Origin: Gonapodya sp. JEL0774
Taxonomy: Eukaryota
DNA length: 64,000 nt
NCBI GenBank assembly: GCA_027604505.1
Contig: JADIIX010000016.1
Coordinates: 62,001 to 126,000 of the forward strand
Reading direction: 5' to 3'
A program made the position numbers and the translations under genes. The notes beneath the pieces are model-generated. The model was not told the origin of the DNA. It did not search any database and saw only the letters and a list, made by a program, of their open reading frames with translations. Below, one piece after another: positions 1 to 11,952 of the stretch. Within the stretch, counting starts at the first letter, position 1. Each line of letters opens with the position of its first letter.

Positions 1-71
1 TGCGCCAATCGAGACTCGAACTCGAACCTAGCGCGTGGGAGGCGCTTGTACTACCCCTATACTATTGGCGC
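1..71 (-). tRNA. tRNA-Gly (anticodon CCC), intronless
   Basis: The reverse complement folds to a full 71-nt cloverleaf: GCGCCAA/TTGGCGC acceptor stem, GTAT-AGGGGTA-GTAC D arm, AGCGC-CT CCC AC-GCGCT anticodon arm, TCGAG-TTCGAGT-CTCGA T arm, discriminator A. Confidence 0.95.
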
Positions 72-529
72 TTTACTATTGATGGAGATCTATTTTTATA
101 TATATAGTTAAAACAACATTATTTTACATTCTTGAGCAGCTCTTCCTGAGAACAAGAATGAATCAAGTGGTACTTGACATGAAAGTGAAAGTACATTGTG
201 GAAACTAGCAAGAAAGCGCGCAGAGAGTGGGAAGACAGAAGTATGAAAGGAAGAGGGAAGTCGAAGCTTTTGGTGGGTGTGGAATACATTGTATGGGAAG
301 TGAACGATAAAAGGTATGTTGGTACAGAATGATCATTTTTTGTGTCACGTGGGACGAGGTGTCCAACAATGACATGGGCGCATTGGGTGCGACAACCCTC
401 CCATTCAGACTGTGCGACGACCCGTCGCGGAAAAGAGGGAAAACAGACGCCGGGGCAGAAGCAGATTTGAGGACATCTCCGGCTTGAGGCAATCGAACGA
501 GAAAACGGAGCGAGCCGCAGCGGAGCAGC

Positions 530-3500
530 ATGGAAGATTGTGTGGAGGAGGACAGTACGATCAAAACTGAAGGGGTGAAGCTCGACGAAGGCGTGGAGCG
601 AGGGATTGGGATAGCTTCTTCTGAAGTGATTGGAGGGTCGGGTGGGAGCTCTGGTGGCGAACTAAAGCGGGAAGGAGTTGTTTCGGAAGGATGTGATGGT
701 GTTGACGTTCAGATTGGAGTCGAGCAGCAGATGGCAGTCGCTGCGCAGCAACAGCACGCAGCAGCCATGGGAGCTATGCAGGCAGGCTATAGAGTGGCTC
801 CTGCAACCTCAAGTGTTGGTGTTGTGGGACTTGGCGTGGCCAGTGTTGTTGGGGAACACCGGACAGGGACACTAAGTTCGCTCGCTCAGCAGGCGATGCA
901 GATTCAACAAGCTCACTTCAATCAGCAACACATCCATGCATTGCAGCAAGCGCAGCTACATCAATTACAGCAGTTCCACCCGCTCAACACCCAAATCAAC
1001 CACATCAACCAATTCAACCAGCTCACCGCGAATCACCAAATCCCACTACAACAGTCTTTCGCTCTCCCTCAGTACCAGCAACTGCAGTCAATTCACCCTT
1101 CTCAACTACACCAACTCCAGTACTCGGCGGTACCGATGCCGCTCAACGATTTCACATACGGGAATACTCTTGGTGTTTTGAACGCCAACAACCAACTGCA
1201 GTTCGCGTACTCTCAATCAAACGGACCTCTTACAATGCCCGTATCTCTGGAACAGAAACTCACTACTTCCCCGTCTCCCATATCCTCCGGGCAGGAGGAG
1301 CTTGCTTCGCCTCTTAAACCTAGAGACTCCCTCCGCCGTCATAAACCTCCTCCCATTCGCACTCCACTCCATCAAGAATCTTCACAACTCCCGTCTTCTG
1401 TGGGCACCAGCAGCACTAACCCAGTTCCACCCCTCTCGAATCCCCATTTTGACGTCAATTCGGTTTCCATGGGTGACTCTGTCAGTCTAGGTACCAGTGC
1501 GTCCATGCCAAGGTTAAAGAGCAATCCAGGCGATGGTGGTTCGCCCACTCCGTCGCGCGACCACTCTCAGCTCAGTGCTGGCATGGCAGGCTCCGGATTT
1601 GGTAGTCACACGCTTGCTCACCAGCTCTCTGCTACATCATCGGCGACGTCTGCTTTCCCCCAAACCGTCTCCACTGCGATCGCTCAATCCCATCAACAAC
1701 TTGCCTCATCCGTATCTCCTTCCCATTTCTCAACTAGCACACTTCCAGACCCCTCGGCCACTCGTCCTCCCTACCCAGGTCCTCTCACGCCCCACCACCC
1801 ACCGCCCACACCCAACTCGGCGATTGCAGCCTCTGCGATCCCTCCGTCCCGCCTTCCTGTCGGTAACATGGCAGGAACGTCGGCGTTCACGTCCTCAACC
1901 CCAGTATCTTTCCACCAGCAGCTTGGACCTGCTCCATCGCCACTTAGACCTCAGACCACCTCTTTACCTTCAACAAACTCACCCCCCTCGTCTGGATCTG
2001 CCACTGTTTCCGCTAGTGACAGCGCACCGAAAGCACCGAAGCCCTCAACCACTGCCTCCATGACCACATCACCCCTGGCAGCGCCCCCTGAGCTCCAGTT
2101 TATCAATTCCACGCCACTTGAGTTCGCAGAGCTTGGCCGCGCACCCTCTGCGCGACGTAAGCGGATAAAAACTACAGAGCAACAGCAAGCGAGATTGAAC
2201 GAATTGTTTGAGATAGACGGGAATCCCGACAAGAAACAGAGACAAAAGGTGGCACAAGAACTGGGTAAGCTGTGTTGTGGATGGAACACGAGATGGGCTT
2301 TCTCGATTTGACTTTCTAATCCGATCTCCTCGTGTTTCCTGTAGACCTGACCGTCAGGGCTGTCGCTGCTTGGTTTCAAAACAAGCGCGCAATATCTTCC
2401 AAGGGAAGAGACGGTGCAAAATTTAAGGAAGAAGACGAGGAGGAAGACGAAGGTGAGCTTGGTCTCGTTCGGGCTGGGACAAGTGGAATGTGGTGATTTT
2501 GATTGTCATCTCTCTTGTGAACACCCCTCACATAGATTCTATGAACGTCGATCCAGGGAATCTCTCGCCACCCTCTGCTCCTCCCATAGCGGCCAGTCCG
2601 TCAGCGTCCGCCTCTCCGGAACCAACTACTCTCTCAATCTCCCACCCCAGTTCAACCTTCAGTGTCAAACCTTCCACGACCCCGTCATCACCAGCCATCC
2701 CGTTGCCACGCCGCCGCTCGACTCAACATATTCTTGGTGTCAGTACTCCGACAGTCTCTACTCCTCCTGACGAGCATTCGTGGGCAGCAGACCCTGCTCC
2801 GTCTGGATCAGTTACTCCTGCCGGAACACCGAATACTTCTCGATCGGGCACACCAGGGCGTGTTGCCCCTTCATCCTCGCTGAAGCGACCACCTCCTCTT
2901 TCTGGAGCTGACAGTGTAGACGCGTTGCATGCCCATTTAGTATCCCGAGCATCCTCAGGGACAATTGGGGCTGGCTCGACGACACCTGGCGCCTCGTCCC
3001 CGTACTCCATTGCCACACCGCTGCCGAGTCCCGCACGACCTGCCGTTGTACCCAGTCCAACGAGACCTCACAAGGTGCCCAAATCTCCGCAGGTGTTGCT
3101 CTCAAGGTCTCTCAGGCGGGCTACCGCAGGAGGGACGCCAGTGCACCCGTCATCTGCTGGCTTCACCGCACTTGATGGGCTGGCAAATCCACCCCCTAGT
3201 CCAGCAGAAATGTTGACTGGGAAGATGGCTATGGCAACGCTGAGCACGCATGTCCCCTTAGTAGATGGAGGCGGGGGTGTGGTCGGCGCGGGAGGGGGAA
3301 TAACGAGGCATCAATATCACGGTGAGGGGAGGCCGAGCCAAGGACAATTACAGCAACAACAGCCACAGGGAGTATCAGTGCCGGCGTTTGGATTTGTTCC
3401 AGCTGGAGTTGGTGTAAATGCTGGGGTGGCAGCGTTTGCCCGGCCACCTCCGCCTCAAAGGAGCGGCTCAGGGATCCTCACTGGTGCAGGAGCAGCCCAA

Positions 3501-5624
3501 CAGCAGGGACAGATGGGCTTTCTACCTTTGCAAAGTCAACAGATGAGCTTCGTTCCACAACATGGCCAAGCCATGGGCTTCGTACCTGCACCCCAGGGGC
3601 AGCAAATGGGATTCGTACAGGTTCCGGTGCCGCAACCAGGGCAAATTGTGCTGACACCCCAGGGACCGATGGTCTGGGCCAGGTCAAGTGGACAGCAGGG
3701 ACAAGAGAATACATTACAGGAGGCGGGACAACCCTCACAGCAGGCGTCCACCCCGACCGCCACCCCAGGAACACCGGGTACAACCCCGCAACCTTCTCCG
3801 CAACTTCCACAGTCGCAGATGCAGCCCCCCCAAATATCTCAACAAGTGCCACAACCGCAGATGTTCGCCATGACGCCGTCAGGGCAGATCATTGCTGTCG
3901 CAGGTCAGCCGGTTTCTGGTGGTGTGGGTGCGCAAGTGATGGCGTTACCACAACACCAATCAGGACACCATTTGGGATACGCCACCATTAATGGACAGCT
4001 GGTTACCATCGCAGGGCCGCCAGGTGCATCTCTGGTTCAAGGGCCGTCCGGGGAAATGGTGATGTTGACCGGTGGGCAGGTCCAGCTCCCACAGCAGCAG
4101 CACCATACCATGGTAGTGGACGCAGCGGGTAACATTGTTGGTCTTGCTCCGGCCCTTTCACAGGGTCAGCCCCAAGGGAGTTTGGGAATCGTCCACGGGA
4201 ACGCACAAACGGCAGCCAATCTTTCCGCATCGCAGTCTTCTCCAAGTGGAGTGCAAGCTGCTACAGGATCCGTCGCTCCGCAGTTTGTAACTCCTCAGCA
4301 GGTTCAATTGACACAGGGAGTTGTGGGGCTCCCGCAGGGTTCAATGCAGCAGCAGGGCGTCGTTGGCGTGGCTTTGCAGGGTGCGGTTGGCTTGCCTGGT
4401 GGGCGACACCAAGTACTTATGTCAGATGGGAACGGAGGCTACATGATGTGAGTGTTTCAGTTGTTCCCAACAAAAGGATGGTAGCCTATGTCACCTTCGA
4501 ATTGTTGCCCATACAGTATCGACTCTTCGCAGCAATTTGTGGCTAATCATCACCACCAACAATCGCAGTATGTTTTGCTAAAGGGTGCCGCAGATTCTTC
4601 CTTCCAGCATTCTCTTCTGGGAATCCAAGCATCCGCGGCTTCTCCTCAGGTTCTAAATGCCTCTCCTGCAGCCATTCAGCCTCCTTCCGCTTCTGAAAAG
4701 GTGGCTAGCACCCCTGTCGGGTCACCGCCTTCAGCTGCTGTAATGTCTCCTGTTGCGTCTCCAGCACAGCAGTCGCGTGTGCTACAAAGAACTTCCAGTC
4801 GCAGCAATATCCTTGGTGGTGCTGGGGCAGCTCGGACAGCCAGTCCTTCAGGATCCCAAAAGCGGAACTCTGCAGCATTGGGTCTGTCGTCTTCGCAGAC
4901 GCAGAGGAACCTGCTACTCTCTCGGGCGGTGAGCAATCCGGACTCCCTAGCAATTTTTGGAAATGACGTGACGGGCCAACAAACCCGGAATCCTGGTAGA
5001 GGAGATCCCATGGAACGGGAAGAAGCAACGGTGGAAGCGCTCGACGACGGTGGCGTCGCCAAGGCGGCTGAGTCAGCTCTCGATGTCAACTCCTCCACGC
5101 TGGCAGTGGACCCAAGCAACCCATCGTTTTTGGCCTTTGGAAGCATCGAACCGCTTTTTGGCGACGATTACCGATGGACCCCGGACGAAACCGGAGATCT
5201 CGTGCCACGGGAATCACCTCAGTCGCATAGCACCGAAACAGTTTTTGAGACGCGATCGGATAAAGTTTCTGCGGGCTTCGATATCATGACGTCTACCCAA
5301 CCTGGAAATCGTGATGTGATGATTAGCCAGTCCCTCGCGTTCACCGATGGACTCGCAAACAGTGCGGGAGTGGCATCAAGCGGAAACTTTTCGACTATCT
5401 GGACTGAATCGTACCTTTCTGCCGGGCTTGCGCTACAGCAGCAACAGCGAGCGGATGAGTTGGGCTTGAACGACATGGTGTTTGAATCTGGTCAAATGAA
5501 CTCTGATTGGGGTTCAGATATGGACTATATCGACTTTGATGGTAACGAGAGGAAGAGTTTGGACATTAGTCCCGATGGGACGTGGATGAAACCGGCGACC
5601 CGTGCAACCAATGGGGGTGACTGA
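530..5624 (+). CDS. Homeodomain transcription factor with long Q/P/S-rich disordered regions (~1620 aa, 4 exons)
   Basis: Exons 530-2264, 2345-2452, 2536-4447 and 4517-5624 join in frame via GT-AG introns (4863 nt). Splicing rebuilds RRKRIKTTEQQQARLNELFEIDGNPDKKQRQKVAQELDLTVRAVAAWFQNKRA, with the helix-3 WFQNKR motif. Confidence 0.88.
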
Positions 5625-5840
5625 GTTTGGTGATGAGTTCAGAGGTGGAAGGACCCAAAATCTATCTATACATATACCGGCAGGTTCAATTTGCATTTTC
5701 CCTTCCAACAATTTGTATTTGTTAGGTGTTTAATCTCCTTGAATTATGTAAATCTAAATTCGGTCTCCATGATTTATGTAAATCTAAAATACCCTCCCCT
5801 CGTGACTGAATTTCCGCCCACAAGACTCCGTATCACAGAA

Positions 5841-7190
5841 CTAAGGGTGGAACGCCGGTAATGTTTCATTGTTCGGACTTTGAGTCCGCTCATAGAGGAG
5901 TCGCCGCTCTACTCGGGATTTCACTGCCGCCCAGCGTTTGTGCAGTGATCTTTTGCTCCCCTTTCCCCATGGCTTCTCCGAGACGAAGTGAAAAACCTTC
6001 ATAAACCGCATTTTCGCCTCAAGCTCTGAGCCCGACACCCCTTTTAAAGTCCTCGCATTGTACACCGTGGGTAGGCGGAAGTACCGATTCCGCTTCTCAA
6101 AGAAGTGGTAAAGGAGTTCTTGAGATGGGCAACATGGCCGGGAAGGGACCGTGGCGAGCTCATCAAGCAATTCGGTGAATGTTGAGTTGGAAGGATCGAG
6201 GACTACCAATCCGGAATTGAGGCCGGACCATCCGGGTAGCATCCAACCCTGTGCGAAAGGGTCATTGGGTTTGCGACTGACATGATTGTTGGGAATCGAT
6301 CCATAATCCGAGGTCTTCCAAAACTGGATCTTCTCAATTGGTGTGCCGGAAAATCCGGTGGTGCCAGCATATTCTAAATCAAATTCCGCATCGGGGTCTT
6401 CGGGATACAGTTCAGAATCGTTTTTATTGAATTCCTTTGACGATGGGTGATGGAACTCCCAATCACTAAGGGGGCAAGCCGAGATCTCTGGCATATTGAA
6501 TAACTCGTCAATGTTTTTCAAGACGAGCATGTCTGAGTCCAGTGAGACGACTTTGTCATAGTCATCAAGTTGCCAGGCTCGTAATTTCGCCCAAAGGATG
6601 CCATCGCGATGCTGCATTCGAGCTTTCGACTCGGCACTTCTTTTCAGATAAAATCTGTCGAACTTCGTTGTCAATTCTAGTGGTTTGATTGAGTACGTGC
6701 GGATCCCGATGCTGTGAAGGTTTTGACGGACAAGATCGTCAACCTCGCTGACGAGTGCCACGAGATCGGCTCTGGGGTTTGTTTCAGAGATGGACTGGAA
6801 AAGCGTGTAGCTACCCCATAACTGTGCAGTTCCAAATATGAGTGTAATGTACGCATGGCGAAAAATTTGAGGTGGACTCCCAGGGTCAGGTGAAAGAGTA
6901 CCTAGCCCCGGAGATGGTGGCATGGTTGATAGGGAATAGTAACCAGACGACGTTTTTTCCTGAGGTTGTTTCGTATCCTTGATATCTCGTTTCTTCCTGA
7001 CACCGTCCTCCGAACGATGCTTCGGAAATCCACGCCCATCGCCTCCACCAACTAAGTCAAAACAATTTTCTGGACCGTAGATGTTCTTTGACTTCAAATC
7101 AGAAGGCGAAGTCCGAGGAATATCCCTCAGGAGCAACAGAATCACTGTTACAACAAGGAACAACTCCAGCTTCGTGATTCTCCGGGCCAT
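5841..7190 (-). CDS. Glycosyltransferase family 8 (glycogenin/GUX-like), type II membrane protein
   Basis: The ATG at 7190 gives MARRITKLELFLVVTVILLLL (signal anchor). GT8 motifs: HAYITL, WAKLRAWQLDDYDKVVSLDSDMLVLKNIDELF (DxD), LNSGLVVLDPS, RLPTVYNA, VFHFVSEKPW. Confidence 0.88.
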   Translation of the reverse strand: MARRITKLELFLVVTVILLLLRDIPRTSPSDLKSKNIYGPENCFDLVGGGDGRGFPKHRSEDGVRKKRDIKDTKQPQEKTSSGYYSLSTMPPSPGLGTLSPDPGSPPQIFRHAYITLIFGTAQLWGSYTLFQSISETNPRADLVALVSEVDDLVRQNLHSIGIRTYSIKPLELTTKFDRFYLKRSAESKARMQHRDGILWAKLRAWQLDDYDKVVSLDSDMLVLKNIDELFNMPEISACPLSDWEFHHPSSKEFNKNDSELYPEDPDAEFDLEYAGTTGFSGTPIEKIQFWKTSDYGSIPNNHVSRKPNDPFAQGWMLPGWSGLNSGLVVLDPSNSTFTELLDELATVPSRPCCPSQELLYHFFEKRNRYFRLPTVYNARTLKGVSGSELEAKMRFMKVFHFVSEKPWGKGSKRSLHKRWAAVKSRVERRLLYERTQSPNNETLPAFHP

Positions 7191-7477
7191 TCCGTTTTGA
7201 GAACTTATATTAAGCTTGTTAAGCGCCCAATACCCTGCAATCACGTATGAGGCGCGAGCAGCTGAAAGTGTGAACTTGGGGATGTGTGTGGCTGTTGCGA
7301 ATGCGGAGCACTCCGGGTGAGAAGTTCGATGCTTCCTGAGACGGTAACCAGTATCCCGACGCAATTATAGTAGTACCGATTTATTGGTTGTGAGGTATGC
7401 GCTGAGTCGGCTGATTTGCGTTGTTTTCGAGAGTGAAGATGCGACGGTGGTACACTGAACTGAAGCCTCATTAAATA

Positions 7478-7615
7478 TGTACTAGCAGGCCGCACTAGCA
7501 GGCCGGACAATATTCTGTACTAGCAGGCCGGACAATAGTCTGTACCAGCAGGCCAGACTATGTATTATGTACTAGCAGGCCGGACTACTTGCCGCGACAA
7601 TCAGCAGGCCGGGAC
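7478..7615. repeat. Degenerate tandem repeat, 6 copies of core (t/c)agcaggcc, unit ~16-34 bp (typically ~25)
   Basis: tgtactagcaggccggacaata-like units start at about 7478, 7494, 7516, 7541, 7568 and 7602. Confidence 0.85.
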
Positions 7616-7665
7616 ACACAGCAACCAACTGAAGACTGACTCCTCCAGCCCTCTGGCTTCAATTC

Positions 7666-8954
7666 CTAAGAATCAACTGTCTTGGCACTCATCACTGCAC
7701 GCAATACCTTGATAAATCGCAGAGTCGTCAATGTGTGAAACAGGGGTGCGAAACTTCCGACAAGACAAACTCTCACCTCCCCATACTCCCACGAACCGAG
7801 CTCTAGTTTGTCACAGATCAAAGCCAGGCGGCGCTCGAATTCTTCTTTAGTGTCATCCTGTGATGAAACAACGGTGAACGAGTGGTAAATGATAGAGCAA
7901 GTATAAATTTCGTTTCTCTCACTTCAAGGACTTTGAGTCGGACCTTTTGATCCGGAAGAAGAAGGTTGACAACAAAGAGAACATTTTTGTGATGTAACAG
8001 TCTCGTTTCATTGAGAGCTGGGGGAGAGACGTATCCAGAGGTTGGAGGAGACCCAGGAGAAGCAGATATATGAACCGTTGAACCGTTTATCGTTCGCAAA
8101 TTTGCGGTAGGCCTCGATAGGGTGGCTAAATTGACGGTTGCTCCGGTAATGGGGACGGTGGTGCTCGAAAGTCGATGTGGAGCTTCAATGTCACATGTCA
8201 TGTCATTTCCAACATCACCAATGGCAGGCAGCACCTCCCAGTCAATATTCGGCGGTATGCTCCTAGTCCCGAGATCGCGCTCACTTCCCCTTGCATGCAC
8301 CCTCTGTGCGGCAGTTCCTCTTCCAGACATGAGCATTTGACATTTGTTCTCAAGCTCTGTAATTCGGTGATCACCGGCTGACACCAACGTCTCCCATGAT
8401 CGGATCTCCTCCTCCAGCGCAGTGAGCCGAGGTATTGCATTCACTTTCCAGGCTGCTAACTCATCACGTTCGTGTCGAAGAACATTGGTTTGCTGCAGAG
8501 ATCTTGTGAGTTCGAGCTGTAAGGTCTTGACCTCCTCCGTTACTTTTTCAAACCCCTTGTGTGCTTTGTTTCCTGCGGAAAGTGCCTCAAACAAGCGCTC
8601 TCTCGACTCCCTGAGTGTCTTCACCTCCCTTTCGAGGGCTATCCTCACGGCATTTTCATTCATAAGCAGCTGACTGGTTTGATGCAGTTTCTGCTCATTG
8701 ATAAACAGGGTACGGGTGGTGGCTGAAAGAGAGGCTGCCAGTCTCCTATTTTCTTCAGACAGGGGAGTTGATCGGTCGCGGGTTGCATTGAAGTCGCGCG
8801 TGGAAATAGCAACCCCATCAGACTGGGCATCATCCTTTTCCTCCTTCCAGAAAAACAGTGGTGTGCGAGGGAAAAGAGATCGCGGGAGTGGACGCGGTGC
8901 ATATGACGGGGGTGGTAACATGTGACGGTATTTCGCGTCCCACGTCATCATCAT
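7666..8954 (-). CDS. Coiled-coil protein with a possible C-terminal GRIP-like segment (golgin-like)
   Basis: 378-aa ORF with a long heptad region (EENRRLAASL...LEEEIRSW). Two short GT-AG introns extend it to KNVLFVVNLLLPDQK|DDTKEEFERRLALICDKLELGSWEYGE|VLRAVMSAKTVDS* (stop 7666-7668). Confidence 0.6.
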
Positions 8955-9642
8955 ATTGTGCGGCAGACAAACTCAAACTAACTTGTTACACACATCAAAT
9001 CCAAAGTGGAAATTAGAACAAAGTAATCGATTTCGATTTCTACAAGAGTAGAATTACCGTTCTGGCTGCATTTAAAAACGAGGGTTGCAATACCCCCAGT
9101 GTGCACTGGTTTGGACAGCGGCAAGACGAGGGGAGAACCTGAGTATTGCTCGCAGCATCTGCCAGTGAGTTGTCGTCTTGATATCAATAACTTTGTATCT
9201 TAAAAGTGTTCTGAATCATTTCTCTTGAATCCAAGAGGTACGGCAGGCGTGCAAACAGGGTGCCGTCATTGACGATGGGATTTGACATCGTCATATCCTG
9301 TGTAAGTCATGGAAATGATGTTGGCAGCGGGCCTACGGTGCCTCAAGAAGTTTTGTAGGTATGTATTTGGTACATTGTCGAGCGAGAATAAATCCATTTT
9401 GTAGTAGAAAGGTGAGCCCAAGAGGACTTCAACGATGACAACTAAAACTTTTCATTTGATCTGCCGGTGAAAAACACACAAATGATGCCTCAATCCTTGA
9501 TAGATTGAGGCATCCGAATTGGGACCACACCAATTTTGGAAACACGGACCAGCTCAACACAGTTGGAGGCCATCTACCGTTTCGCTGAGCCTTCTATACA
9601 TATCTCCCCCTTCCTCCAACCATTTCCCCATGATTGCCGAAA

Positions 9643-11952
9643 ATGAGGGACAATCGCCGAGATTTTGAGTCTGCCCCCACGGTTCTCTCCTACAAGCAGT
9701 TGAACGAAAAGGGGGATTTCGACCGGAGGATTAATGAAAGGGGAGATTTCGGAATGGAATATAATCCTCCACGGCGGAAGAAATCGAAGAGTGGGATGAA
9801 ATGGGGTGAGTGTCGCCACACTGTGCCATTTGACCCTCTTTAATCAGCCAAGTGCACTAGCAATTGGTATCACGGCCGTTTTATTGCTCGCTGGTGGAGC
9901 CGGACTCGGCATTTACCTGTATTTGTCGTCGAAGTCTACCCCATCCACCAGCAAAAGTTCGGCCACATCAGCTGATGTTCAAGCTGCTTCCGGCGCTCCC
10001 TCGGTGACTACAGCTACCCGCACTTCAATGCTCTCGACTACACGAGATACTAGGACCACGACAACAACACGCCCTGTTCCAACCCCCAGCACCTCTCCAG
10101 CAGTCCTTCCCCCTACTGGGAAGTTCTGGTGGGGTATGACGGTTGACAATTCCACCGAACTTCCGATTCAAGAATGGACACTGAATGGGAAAGGAGGCGT
10201 CAAACCTATGCTTGGCGTACGTTGGTGACCTCTTTGCATGATCAGACCCTTCAGTTATTCACGATCATGTTCCCTTTCAACGGATCAGCAAATCTTCATA
10301 CTTCTTTCTAACTACAACTTCACTAACCCCGTCGATCTTGGTAAGCACTACATTTCGAGGTTTTACTGATGGATTCCTTTCACTACTTTAACTTTTAACA
10401 AAGCCGACTATTTTATGAGATTCTTTGGCGGCATGCCTGATAATGGTGTGCTAATGTTCACCGTCCAACCGGAAAAGGGAATCACTCCAGAACTGGCTCC
10501 TGACTCAGTAATTCAGGATCTGGCCAATGCTTTCCGGGAACTGAATATTCGTGGCCACCCGGTGCTCGTCCGGACAGCACACGAAATGAACGGTAGGGAC
10601 GATATAGCGTTCCCTCCTTAATTTCAATGGCAATGCTCCGTTGGCTAAGACTTGCGTTTCGCATCCTTCTTCACCAAAGGCGGATGGTATCCTTGGGGAC
10701 GGGTTCCCTTCACTTTCCAGGTCGGTGATAGGATATTTTGAGGACACTGAATACTATCTTAAAAAAAATGAACTGTTTTTCAGGACTACTGGATTCGATT
10801 CACAACCATAATTAGAGCTACGGCACCACTTACTTCTATGGTGTGGTCACCTACGATCTCCGACCAATACCCATACGATCAGCGAAATCTACCAACTCCT
10901 GGATCCGCTGAAATGGCCCTTCTTGACACAAACAGTAACGGTCTCTTGGATGCCGGAGATGATCCATATGCAGGTATTATTACTCTCCAAGCTCGAATCT
11001 ATCTTCACAATTTCCTGTCTGCTCAATGTGCATTATTCATGTCAGGGTTCTGGCCCGGCGACGAGTGGGTTGGTGAGTTGTGTCAAGAATTCAAGTTTCT
11101 CGCACATTGGATCTTCACGACGCCTGTGAAATTCGTCCCTGCAGACTGGGTGGGCGGTTCAATTTACTGTGAGTTTTCTGTGGAGCTCAGGTTGTTCGAA
11201 CTGCATCGTGCTAATATATTCTCTTCATTGCGATAGATTACGGAGAGTCCTTCCCTTGTATGTATCAGCGCAGATGATCAATTTTCATACAACTTCTGCT
11301 GCGCGGCTGATTTGCATCGTTCCAAGACGTCGACAACTTTGTTCCGCCCACGGATTGGATTACCCGGACCCTCACGGGAAAATCAGCGACTACCGGATTG
11401 CAGCGAGGCCCGTCATTCTATGACGTCTACTGTGTTCAGAAGAAGAAACCCTTTATATATTCTGAAACTGCCGTTTATCATTGGCCCAATGGAACCGGAG
11501 CAACCTCGATCGAACAAAAGCAAGGGTTTTGGTGTGTGCGGGGTTTTGTTTAAACTACATTCCGATGGTTTCCCCAACTAGGAATGTTTTAGGCGTTCTG
11601 CGCTTAACAGAACTGCGCTGGCCGCATTCCCCATGGTTCGTGCTGTGGCCTGGTTCGAGGTAAGAGGTGTGGGATAAGGACTGCACCGATATTGTGTCTT
11701 ATCGCTTGATCGTACACCCTCAGATAGCCAAAATTGAAGAGGCTTGGGATAATCAATTCATCGATTTTTCGTTGGGCAGTAAGTCATGAAGCATACCTTC
11801 GGTTTGCCATCTGAATTTCGGTTGACTGATTCATCCCGCCAATTCTACAATAAGACGACCCTGGTGTCCTCGATGCATTTCTGGCAGACGTACTACCACC
11901 AGGCAACGCAGTCTCGAACATTGACCCAAACAGTCTTCAGTGGGGCGTGTGA
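9643..11952 (+). CDS. GH26-like glycoside hydrolase, membrane anchored (paralog 1, ~13 exons)
   Basis: N-terminal TM helix (AIGITAVLLLAGGAGLGIYLYL), Ser/Thr linker, then RTAHEMN|GGWYPWG (acid/base Glu), MVWSP, FWPGDEWV|DWVGGSIY, KPFIYSETA (nucleophile Glu), AWFE. Ends ...LQWGV* at 11952. Confidence 0.82.

Noticed and set aside
7191..7364. N-terminal extension of the GT8 ORF in the ORF track
   Set aside because: It begins at a non-ATG codon. The ATG at 7190 directly precedes the signal anchor.
7478..7615. CRISPR-like array
   Set aside because: Eukaryotic context, a core of only ~10-16 bp, short mutually similar spacers and no cas genes. It is a minisatellite.
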